Shown one piece after another: positions 52,140 to 60,174 of a stretch of DNA of 64,000 nucleotides. A program made the translations under genes and the position numbers. The stretch is taken from positions 768,001-832,000 of the forward strand of contig JBGANV010000002.1 of NCBI GenBank assembly GCA_044222185.1, in the 5' to 3' direction. Below the pieces are notes generated by a model that worked only from the letters and a program-made list of their open reading frames with translations, ran no database searches and had not been told where the DNA came from. How positions within the stretch are numbered: position 1 is the first letter of the stretch; every line of letters starts with the position of its first letter. The stretch is from Planctomycetota bacterium. Lineage in GTDB: Bacteria > Planctomycetota > GCA-002687715 > CAIWVZ01.

Positions 52140-53138
52140 ATGAAACGAGGCTTGCAGTCCTGGCGGCTCGCCGCCCTTCTCGTCGTCGCACTCACGACGT
52201 CCACGGTTCACGCGCAGACGTTCGCGTATTACCCGGATGACAACGTCGCACCGAACTACTCGGCGCCGGCTGGGTGGTATCCGATGTTCACGAACACGAC
52301 CGGATGTCGGATCCAGGTGCTGATCCCGGCGTCGGCGTTCACGGGGGTCACGTCGCTGGCGTCGATCGGCTTCTTCGTCGGCAACACGACGCCGGCGGCG
52401 ACCAACGTCACGTACTCGAACTTCCAGGTCCGCATCGGACCCGCTGGATCACCGTCACTGACGGCGACGTTCGCCACCAATCTCGTTCCGGGAACCGAGA
52501 CACTGGTCGTGAGCGCTGCGGGGAACACCTACACGCCCATGCCTGCCGGCGCGTGGCTCGATTTCCCGTTCCTGAACCCGATTCCGGCTCCGACCACCGC
52601 GATCATCGTCGACATGCAGTCGCAGATCCCGACCGGCGGCGCATATTTCGCTTCGTCCGTGAGCTCGACGTTCCCGCGCTGCGTGGCGGCGACCTACACG
52701 GGGCAGGCGACGGGGACTCTTGGCACATCGAGCGGCCCCAAGGTCCGTTTCGGCACGAATCCCGAGAACATCTTCGTGGCGCAGACGACGGGTGGCGGCG
52801 CCGGCGATCTCGCGCTCTCGCTGACGGCGATCAACCCGAATGCGGCGAGCGGGTACCTCCTCCTCTCCGCAGACACGACGCATCCCGTGGGTTCCGGTCC
52901 GGCCGTCGGCATCTATCCGGACGGGCTCACGTTCAGCTCGCTGCAATCGCCACTTCTTCCAGGCAACCCACTCCACTTCGTCGTGGGGATCCCGGGAGTC
53001 TTCCCTGACGCGTCCTTCTTCGTGCCGCCTGGCACCCTGAGCTTCCTCGCCGGGCAGACCTGGGACTCGGTCATCGTCCTCGTCGACGTGGGTTCGACCT
53101 ATGTCGGGCGTTCCGGAGTCCAACGGCTCGCCTGGTGA
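52140..53138 (+). CDS. Secreted protein of unknown function
   Basis: GGAG RBS, signal peptide ending VHA-Q, and a C-terminal module similar to that of 11224..13923. Confidence 0.75.
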   Translation: MKRGLQSWRLAALLVVALTTSTVHAQTFAYYPDDNVAPNYSAPAGWYPMFTNTTGCRIQVLIPASAFTGVTSLASIGFFVGNTTPAATNVTYSNFQVRIGPAGSPSLTATFATNLVPGTETLVVSAAGNTYTPMPAGAWLDFPFLNPIPAPTTAIIVDMQSQIPTGGAYFASSVSSTFPRCVAATYTGQATGTLGTSSGPKVRFGTNPENIFVAQTTGGGAGDLALSLTAINPNAASGYLLLSADTTHPVGSGPAVGIYPDGLTFSSLQSPLLPGNPLHFVVGIPGVFPDASFFVPPGTLSFLAGQTWDSVIVLVDVGSTYVGRSGVQRLAW

Positions 53139-53234
53139 CGTGACGTTCGGGACGGGACGTCCAGTTTTCCCCGGCGTCGAGCAAACCCCGGTGCTTCCGG
53201 CCATACTGGCGCTTCCACTGAGGAGGACTCTCGG

Positions 53235-54707
53235 ATGACTCGGACTTCCCGCCCGGCCTTGTTGATCGTCCTTCTATCTTGGATTCCGTCGGCCGTGAGC
53301 TTGGCTCAACAGGTGACCGAGAACTGCGCCGTCGCGGTTCTGACGCCGGGAGCCAGCGCCACTTTGTGCCCGGCGAACACGCATCCGGACGACACGCACG
53401 TCCTCGATCTTTCGGGGTCGACGACGGCCGCCAGCACCGCTTCGACGTATCGCTCACTCTGTGGCGGGGATCGCGTCGAATTCACGCTTGGCGTCGCCGT
53501 CGTCGATGGACCTGGCCCCGATCTCCAGATCGAGGAGATCAACCCCAACACGGCCGAGCCCTATCGCATCGAGGTGTCGCCCGACGGAGTGACGTGGTAT
53601 CCGGCGCCGGGTCCCTACACCGGAGGGACGCACGCCGGTGACAGCGTCGTCGATCTCGCCGGCATCCTGACCGCGCCCGTGCAGTTCGTCGCGATCATCG
53701 ACGCGTCGCTCACGACGGCGGGCACGACGCCGGGACCCGACTTCGATGCGATCATCGCGATCAACTATCAGGCGCCCCTCTTCGGCGGATCGGTGCACGC
53801 ATACGCGGACACCGTCATCGCGCATGTCCCGGGCGCGTCGACCACGAACCTGTTCGTCGACCCGACGCGCGCCCTCGGCATGCCCGACGCGTACAGAGTC
53901 GAGACGTTCGTCGGCCCGGGGACGACGACCTTCGCCGGCAGCTTCTTCAATTTCGTGAGCCTACCCGCGGGCGCGAACCTCACGGTCCTCTTCAGTCGAA
54001 GCTGGATCGTCGATGGGCCCGGCGCGGATGTCGTCATTCACGAGTACTACGGCGCCGAGCCTCAGTACACGGTCGAGGCCAGCGACGACGGCACCTCCTT
54101 CGTGCCGCTGGCATTCGTCGGCGACGTGGCACCGGCGCACAGCCCGAGTCACGTGGCGTCCGCGAACGTGCGCGCCTTCGACCTTGCGGGGTCCGGGCTG
54201 GCGCGGGCCGATTACATCCGCATCACTTCCACTTCGACGGCCACGACGTCTGGGTCGCCAGGCCCTGACATCGACGCCGTCGAGGCGCTCCACGCCACCG
54301 CGAAGGATCTGTGGTTCGCCCCGCTCGCGCCGCTGAGCCAGGGCGGGACCGGCTCGGTGATCATGACGTCGCCCGCGCACGGCGGCGAACCCTACATCAC
54401 CGTCGCCGGCCTCAATCCACCCGTCCCCGCAGGCAGCGGGCTCCCGCTGCCAGGCGGTGGGGAAGTGCGAGTGGACGTGTTCGGGGATCCCTTGATCCAG
54501 TTCGAGCTGACCGACCCTGCGGCGGCGCTCTTCTTCGGCGGTCTGAGCGGGACGCTGCCGTTCGCCACGGCGACGGCCGTCACGACGATGACGTTGCCTC
54601 CGGCGCCACCGTCGCTCTCCGGGATCGTGCTCACCTGGCAGTCCGTCGTCCTTTCCCCATCGGGCGCGATCGTGCCGTCGGGGTTGTTGTGGACGCGCAT
54701 TCCGTGA
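53235..54707 (+). CDS. Secreted protein with duplicated DGPGxD...DG..(W/F)...DLA...GPDxDA domain
   Basis: GAGGAGG RBS, signal peptide, two internal copies of the domain, and a C-terminal module. Confidence 0.75.
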   Translation: MTRTSRPALLIVLLSWIPSAVSLAQQVTENCAVAVLTPGASATLCPANTHPDDTHVLDLSGSTTAASTASTYRSLCGGDRVEFTLGVAVVDGPGPDLQIEEINPNTAEPYRIEVSPDGVTWYPAPGPYTGGTHAGDSVVDLAGILTAPVQFVAIIDASLTTAGTTPGPDFDAIIAINYQAPLFGGSVHAYADTVIAHVPGASTTNLFVDPTRALGMPDAYRVETFVGPGTTTFAGSFFNFVSLPAGANLTVLFSRSWIVDGPGADVVIHEYYGAEPQYTVEASDDGTSFVPLAFVGDVAPAHSPSHVASANVRAFDLAGSGLARADYIRITSTSTATTSGSPGPDIDAVEALHATAKDLWFAPLAPLSQGGTGSVIMTSPAHGGEPYITVAGLNPPVPAGSGLPLPGGGEVRVDVFGDPLIQFELTDPAAALFFGGLSGTLPFATATAVTTMTLPPAPPSLSGIVLTWQSVVLSPSGAIVPSGLLWTRIP

Positions 54708-54736
54708 CGTGAAGACGACGGTCCACGACCAGACCG

Positions 54737-56344
54737 TCACGGCGCTTCGTAGATCTCGATTGCGCGCAGGTCGGCGCGGAAGACGGTTCGCTTCGAGAGT
54801 CGCGACTTCAGAGGTTCGAGGGCTGGATCCTTCCACTCGGTGGCGCCGCCAGGGATCTCCTTCTCGCCGACGAGCACGAGGCACTCGATGGCACCGAGGT
54901 CGAGCGGCGGCTCGATCTCGGGCGGCGCGAGGCGGGCGCGGATCTCCTCCTTCCAGTCGTCCGCGACTGGGCGTGAGGTCGCCGCCTGCGGGCGTGTCCG
55001 GCGCTCGAAGGACTTCAGCGAGTCGCAGACGTTCGAGTGGCCGAACGCGCGGTGAAGGACCGGACGGAGTGTCTCGGCGCCCTCGTGGCAGACGAGAACG
55101 CGATGCTCGCCCGCGCGCGTCGCCGTCACGAGGAATGCGCAGAGATCGGACGCGTGGCGGCGGAACGTCTCGGACTCGGCGACCGCGGGGAGGGTGAGGA
55201 AGCAGGTGCCGGTGAGAGCGAGCGCGGCCACCAGTTGGAGGGGTCTGGGCCAGCGCACCGACAGCACGAGCGAAGCCGCGATCAGGCAGAGGATCATGGG
55301 TCCCACGAAGGGCGAAGCGATCCTGGGGGGAAAGCTCATGAAAGCCGTCACGCCGCAGACGATCAGCATCGTCAGTGCCCCAAGCGTGACGAACGATCGC
55401 GTGACGATCGAGCGGAAGCGGATGAGAAGCGCCGCGCCGACCAATCCGCCGACGACCCCGAAGAACACCGGATCCGGCGCCCCGACCGGTCCGAGCTGCT
55501 GGACGAGGAGGCGCGCCTGATCGGCGATGGAGCTCATGCGGTCCTGGATTTCGTAAGCCGGGACGCCGCGCAGTCGTTTCGACCCGAGGATCACGCTCGC
55601 GAGCAGAGGCGTCCAGAGCACGGCGGCGATGACGCCGCTCCGAAGCGCGAGGCGCGTGACTTCCACGCAAACCGATCGCCATGGCGCTCGGGGCGTCGCA
55701 TCTGCGCCGCGCAGCAGCATGGCGGTGGTGATCCACAGCGGAACCAGCAGTGCGAGGTTCGACGGGAGCGTGTAGAGCAGGAGGGCCGAGATGCCGGCGA
55801 AGGCCCAACGCGTTCTGCCGGTCATCTGTGGGGCGAGGCCCACGTCGTTCATCGCACGTGCGACGAGGTCACCCCGCGCGACGAGCAGGAGTCCGTACCC
55901 GAGCTGGAGTGTGATCGAGAGGAAGTAGCCACGCAGCGCCATCGCCTGCTCGTGCACGGCGCGCGCAAGAGACGGAGCGAGCATGGCGACTGTCGCTGCG
56001 AAGATCGCGCCGCGGGCCATCAGCGCCCGTCGCCAGCCGCGAAGGATGAGGAGGAACGTCAGCAGAACGACGAATCCAGCGAGGCGCACGTAGACCGGCG
56101 AGTCGAGGCCGAGAGTGTCGACGAGCACGCTCTTCAGCAGACTTTCGAGCGGATGGTTGTTCGGTTCGCGATAGAGCGCGGCGGCACTGAGTGGTGAGCG
56201 AGCGTAAGTCCGCAGATTGTAGGCCTCGTCCCACGTGAGGTCGTTTCCCGCTCGCGCGAGCCACGTGTAGGCCATGAACAGGACGATCGCTGCCGTCGCT
56301 GCCGCAAGTAGCCGCTCGAGCCATCCATTTGCATCCGTCTTCAT
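54737..56344 (-). CDS. Polytopic GT-C fold glycosyltransferase (ArnT/PMT/GT39-like)
   Basis: First loop LTWDEAY...PNNHPL, then RL and LRGY motifs and roughly ten hydrophobic segments. Confidence 0.68.
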   Translation of the reverse strand: MKTDANGWLERLLAAATAAIVLFMAYTWLARAGNDLTWDEAYNLRTYARSPLSAAALYREPNNHPLESLLKSVLVDTLGLDSPVYVRLAGFVVLLTFLLILRGWRRALMARGAIFAATVAMLAPSLARAVHEQAMALRGYFLSITLQLGYGLLLVARGDLVARAMNDVGLAPQMTGRTRWAFAGISALLLYTLPSNLALLVPLWITTAMLLRGADATPRAPWRSVCVEVTRLALRSGVIAAVLWTPLLASVILGSKRLRGVPAYEIQDRMSSIADQARLLVQQLGPVGAPDPVFFGVVGGLVGAALLIRFRSIVTRSFVTLGALTMLIVCGVTAFMSFPPRIASPFVGPMILCLIAASLVLSVRWPRPLQLVAALALTGTCFLTLPAVAESETFRRHASDLCAFLVTATRAGEHRVLVCHEGAETLRPVLHRAFGHSNVCDSLKSFERRTRPQAATSRPVADDWKEEIRARLAPPEIEPPLDLGAIECLVLVGEKEIPGGATEWKDPALEPLKSRLSKRTVFRADLRAIEIYEAP

Positions 56345-56385
56345 CCGTTGCCGGTTCTTATCACGGAACGCTCCTCTTCCATCCT

Positions 56386-56771
56386 GGAGCGCCAGGTTTC
56401 ACCTGGCCGGACCGTCAGGGCTCCAGCCCTGACGAGGGCGTGGCGGGGCGTTCCTCACCGACGGAGCGCGAACGGAGGGGGGTGGCGAGCAGGCAGGGCT
56501 GGAGCCCTGCCAACCGGCCAGGCAGAGCCTGGCGCTCCTGCGCGACCGCCGAACGACCGCCGAACGACCGCCGAACGACCGCCGAACGAACGACGAAGGG
56601 CGAACGAAGGGCGAATCGTGGAGCGCCAGGTTCCACCTGGCCGGACCGTCAGGGCTCCAGCCCTGACGCGCGCGTTACAGAGCGTTCCTCACCGACCGAG
56701 CCCGAACGAAGGAGCGTGACGCGCAGGCATGCCTGGCCCCCCGTCAACCCGCCAGGCAGAGCCTGGCGCCT
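56386..56771. repeat. Two REPIN-like units separated by an 11-bp minisatellite
   Basis: Units 56386-56538 and 56620-56771 start GGAGCGCCAGGTT(T/C)CACCTGGCCGGACCGTCAGGGCTCCAGCCCTGAC and end GCCAGGCAGAGCCTGGCGC. Spacer holds CGACCGCCGAA x4 (56543-56586) and CGAAGGGCGAA x2 (56594-56615). Confidence 0.88.
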
Positions 56772-56843
56772 CTGCGCGGAGCAAGCCGGTGAGCAAGAAA
56801 CCGGCTCGGTCGCGAATGGCCGCGGTAGGCTTGCGGTCGACTC

Positions 56844-57602
56844 GTGAAGTTCCCCGTCCAATTCAGCATCGGGCCGTTCACGTTCCAGGCGCACCTCGTC
56901 CTCGAATTGCTGGCGTGGTTCGTCGGGTCACAGGTCTACTGGTTCCTGCGGCGCCGATGGGCGGATCCGCTCGACCTCCGCATGCGGCTCGTGGTGATTG
57001 CCGGCGCTGCCGCGGGAGCGTTGATCGGGTCGAAAGTCGTCGCCGTCGCCGAGCGGACGCCCGAGATCCCCGCGCTCTGGAACGACATCACCTTCTGGAT
57101 GGGCGGGAAGTCCATCGTCGGCGGGCTCCTCGGGGGGCTCGTCGGCGTCGAGTGGATCAAGCGCACCTTGGAGGAGACGCGGTCGACGGGCGACCTCTTC
57201 GTGCTGCCGCTTTGCGCCGCGATCGCTGTGGGACGGGTCGGGTGCTTTCTGTCGGGCTTGGATGACCACACCTACGGCACGGCGACGTCGCTGCCCTGGG
57301 GCATCGATTTCGGCGATGGCATCCCGCGCCATCCGACACAGCTCTACGAGATCGTCGCCCTCGGTGCGATCGCCCTGTGGGCCGTGCGGAATCGCCAGCG
57401 CATGACGCGCTCTGGCGACCTCTTTCGCGGCTTCATGATCCTGTATCTCGTCTGGCGGTCGTTCATCGACTGCTGGAAGCCTGACGCGCGCCTCGTGCTC
57501 GGCCTGACGGGCATCCAGTTGGCGTGCGTCTGCGGGCTCGCGTATTACGCCCGCGACTTCACGCGCGTTTTCCTCGCTCGGAGGTTCGCATCCCATGGCT
57601 GA
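56844..57602 (+). CDS. lgt: Prolipoprotein diacylglyceryl transferase family protein (atypical)
   Basis: GGKSIVGG, GRVGCFLSG, YGTATSLPWG, RHPTQLYE, YLVWR, with multiple TMs. Confidence 0.85.
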   Translation: MKFPVQFSIGPFTFQAHLVLELLAWFVGSQVYWFLRRRWADPLDLRMRLVVIAGAAAGALIGSKVVAVAERTPEIPALWNDITFWMGGKSIVGGLLGGLVGVEWIKRTLEETRSTGDLFVLPLCAAIAVGRVGCFLSGLDDHTYGTATSLPWGIDFGDGIPRHPTQLYEIVALGAIALWAVRNRQRMTRSGDLFRGFMILYLVWRSFIDCWKPDARLVLGLTGIQLACVCGLAYYARDFTRVFLARRFASHG

Positions 57603-59061
57603 TCGTGTCCGGCCGTACCTCTTCTACGACGTGGCGATCTCGATCTGCTCCACGTGCTTCAGGAAGGTCGAGGCCAAGATCGTCTTCCAGGACGGCAAGG
57701 TCTACATGCTGAAGCGCTGCCCCGAGCACGGCGGGGAACGCGTGCTGGTCGCCGACGACGTGGACTACTACCGGCGCTCGCGCGAGGTGTTCATCAAGCC
57801 TCCCGAGCAACCCAATCGGTTCAACACGGAGACGCGGTGGGGATGCCCCTACGACTGCGGACTCTGCCCGGACCACGAGCAGCACTCGTGCCTTTCACTC
57901 GTAGAGGTGACGGATCAATGCAACCTGCGTTGCCCCGTCTGCTACGCGAGCAGCGGGCCGGAGCGCCAGGGATTCCGGTCGCTCGAAGAGATCGAGTTCC
58001 TGATGGACGTGATCGTCAAGAACGAGCGTGAGCCGGACGTCGTTCAGATCTCGGGCGGCGAACCGACGCTCCACCCCGACTTCTTCGCGATCCTGGATGC
58101 AGCCAAGTCGCGCCCGATCCGCCACCTCATGGTGAACACCAACGGCGTGCGGATCGCCGACGATCCCGCGTTCGTGGATCGGCTCGCCACCTACATGCCG
58201 GGTTTCGAGATCTACCTCCAGTTCGATTCCTTCGAGCGCGAGGCCCTTCTCGCGCTGCGGGGCGTCGACCTCCGCGATTCGCGCCGCCGTGCCATCGAGA
58301 ATCTCAACGCGGCCGGCATTTCCACGACGCTCGTGGTGACGCTGAAGAAGGGCCTGAACGATCACGAGGTCGGAGACATCATCCGCTTCGGTCTCGCGCA
58401 GCCATGCGTGCGAGGTGTGACGTTCCAACCGGTGCAGGATGCGGGACGCACCGGGGGATTCGATCCAGCGAAGCACCGCCTCACGCTCACGGAGGTCCGC
58501 CGGATGATCCTCGATCAGTCGGGCGTGTTTCGCCCCGAGGACGTCATTCCGGTGCCGTGTCACCCCGACAGTCTCGCGATGGCGTACGCGCTGAAGGTGG
58601 ACGGCAACGTGATCCCCCTCACCGGAATGATCGACCCGAAGGTCCTGATCGACGGCGCGCGCAACACGATCGTGTACGAGGAGGACCGGGGACTGCGGAA
58701 CGCGATCTTCAAGCTGTTCGCCACGAACCACTCTCCGGAATCGGGGGCGAGATCGCTTCGCGACCTGCTCTGTTGCCTGCCGCGCATCGCCGCCGGCCCG
58801 GGTCTCAGCTACGAGAACGTCTTTCGCGTCCTCATCATGCAGTTCATCGACGCTCACGCATTCGACGTGCGCTCGGTGAAGAAGACGTGCGTGCACATCG
58901 CGCACAAGGACGGCCGGTTGATTCCCTTCGACACCTACAACCTCTTCTATCGTGACGATCTGGAAACACGGCGCCTCGCACCGCTACGGGAGGCTGTGAG
59001 CGCGAGCGACGCGCATCACGGCGTCGCCTCGGGATGCGAGTCGGAAGGATGTGGATCGTGA
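57595..59061 (+). CDS. Radical SAM protein of the Tes/GDGT-MAS (MJ0619-like) family
   Basis: CSTC...KRCPEHG, GCPYDCGLCPDH, radical SAM motif CNLRCPVC, SGGEPT, NTNG, YLQFD, FQP, and C-terminal KTCVH...DGRLIPFDTYN. Overlaps lgt by 8 bp. Confidence 0.85.
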   Translation: MADRVRPYLFYDVAISICSTCFRKVEAKIVFQDGKVYMLKRCPEHGGERVLVADDVDYYRRSREVFIKPPEQPNRFNTETRWGCPYDCGLCPDHEQHSCLSLVEVTDQCNLRCPVCYASSGPERQGFRSLEEIEFLMDVIVKNEREPDVVQISGGEPTLHPDFFAILDAAKSRPIRHLMVNTNGVRIADDPAFVDRLATYMPGFEIYLQFDSFEREALLALRGVDLRDSRRRAIENLNAAGISTTLVVTLKKGLNDHEVGDIIRFGLAQPCVRGVTFQPVQDAGRTGGFDPAKHRLTLTEVRRMILDQSGVFRPEDVIPVPCHPDSLAMAYALKVDGNVIPLTGMIDPKVLIDGARNTIVYEEDRGLRNAIFKLFATNHSPESGARSLRDLLCCLPRIAAGPGLSYENVFRVLIMQFIDAHAFDVRSVKKTCVHIAHKDGRLIPFDTYNLFYRDDLETRRLAPLREAVSASDAHHGVASGCESEGCGS

Positions 59062-59423
59062 GCACCCCCTCACCGTCAGAGTGGCCGCCGCAGCCGCCAC
59101 ATCCGCCGCAGCCGCCGCCGGTTCCGCCTCCGCCTCCCGCAGCATTTCAATTCGGTTGCGGACAAGTGTTCGTCGCGGGGCTGATCGCCGTCGGCATCCT
59201 CGTCTCCAGCACGATCCTGCTGGTCGCGATCGACAACTCCAACTTCAAGACCATGCGCCGGAACTGCGCCATCCTCGCCGCAGTCGACCTGGTGATCGTG
59301 GTCGGCGCGATGTTCCTCCTGCGGCCGGCGATTCGTTCGGGACGCCTCACCGTCTGGGTCGGCGGCGTCGTCGGTTTCGCGTTGTCGGCGTTGCTCAACA
59401 CCTTCTGCGCGCAGGTGCTTTAA
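59058..59423 (+). CDS. Small 3-TM membrane protein with Pro-rich N-terminus and near-C-terminal Cys
   Basis: GTG start overlaps the radical SAM stop (GTGA). Three hydrophobic segments; ends GGVVGFALSALLNTFCAQVL. Confidence 0.72.
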   Translation: MSTPSPSEWPPQPPHPPQPPPVPPPPPAAFQFGCGQVFVAGLIAVGILVSSTILLVAIDNSNFKTMRRNCAILAAVDLVIVVGAMFLLRPAIRSGRLTVWVGGVVGFALSALLNTFCAQVL

Positions 59424-60022
59424 GGCCGAGGCGCGCGTGGCTTCCGAGCGCGCGCCGTTCCGCGCCGCACGATCGGCCGCGTCGGCGAGCGCCGTGCGAC
59501 TTCGACGAAACCGCATTTCTCGAACGCAGAGACCAGCCCCGTCCAGGCGAACACGGGAGGAACCTCGCCTGACTTGGGCTCGATCGGGTAGGCCTCCACC
59601 AACTCGGCACCGTTCGACTTGGCCCATTTCACGGCGGCCTCGATGAGCTCACGCGAGACGCCCCGACCTCGCCAGTCCTTTCGAACGAAGAAGCAGGTGA
59701 TCGACCACACGGGCGCGGCGTCGACGGGCTTCAGGACGCGTGACGTCGCCAGTCGCGGAAACCTGGAGCGAGGCTCCACGGAGATCCACCCGATCGGCTC
59801 ATCCCTGAAAAACGCGACCAGACCGGGCGGCGGACCCGCTTCGACGCGACGCTTCATCAAGCGGCGGTTCCCGTCACCCTGGTTCGCGTCGTACTGGGCC
59901 CGAGTGAGTCGAGGCGTCATGCACCAGCATCCGCCGCAGGCACCTCGTGCGCCGAACAGCGTCTCGAACGCGCCCCAGATCTGCGACGTCAACGGGCGGA
60001 TGGTGAACGTGCGGCGCGGCAT
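59420..60022 (-). CDS. GNAT-family N-acetyltransferase
   Basis: GACGGCWCM, WSITCFFVRKDWRGRGVS (acetyl-CoA motif A), VEAYP, FEKCGF. GAGGAG RBS. Confidence 0.88.
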   Translation of the reverse strand: MPRRTFTIRPLTSQIWGAFETLFGARGACGGCWCMTPRLTRAQYDANQGDGNRRLMKRRVEAGPPPGLVAFFRDEPIGWISVEPRSRFPRLATSRVLKPVDAAPVWSITCFFVRKDWRGRGVSRELIEAAVKWAKSNGAELVEAYPIEPKSGEVPPVFAWTGLVSAFEKCGFVEVARRSPTRPIVRRGTARARKPRAPRP

Positions 60023-60060
60023 CTGGGGCTCCTCTTTCTCTGGCTGAGCGCGTCGGATGA

Positions 60061-60088
60061 TTGACAGGCCGCGCGGCAAGACTACTGT
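60061..60088 (+). promoter_or_regulatory. Candidate sigma70 promoter
   Basis: Perfect TTGACA, then N16 and TACTGT, about 90 bp before ATG 60175. Confidence 0.4.
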
Positions 60089-60174
60089 GGCCGGTCCTGC
60101 CGATCATCGCGGGCGCCAGCATGGTGGCGCCTCATTGGGAACTGCCTGACCTTACAGACAACGAGGAGAGTCGC

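Noticed and set aside
57595-59061. Annotation as a methanopterin dimethyltransferase or MoaA
   Set aside because: That label derives from the older assignment of MJ0619. No pterin or Moco genes are nearby and the context is lipid-related.
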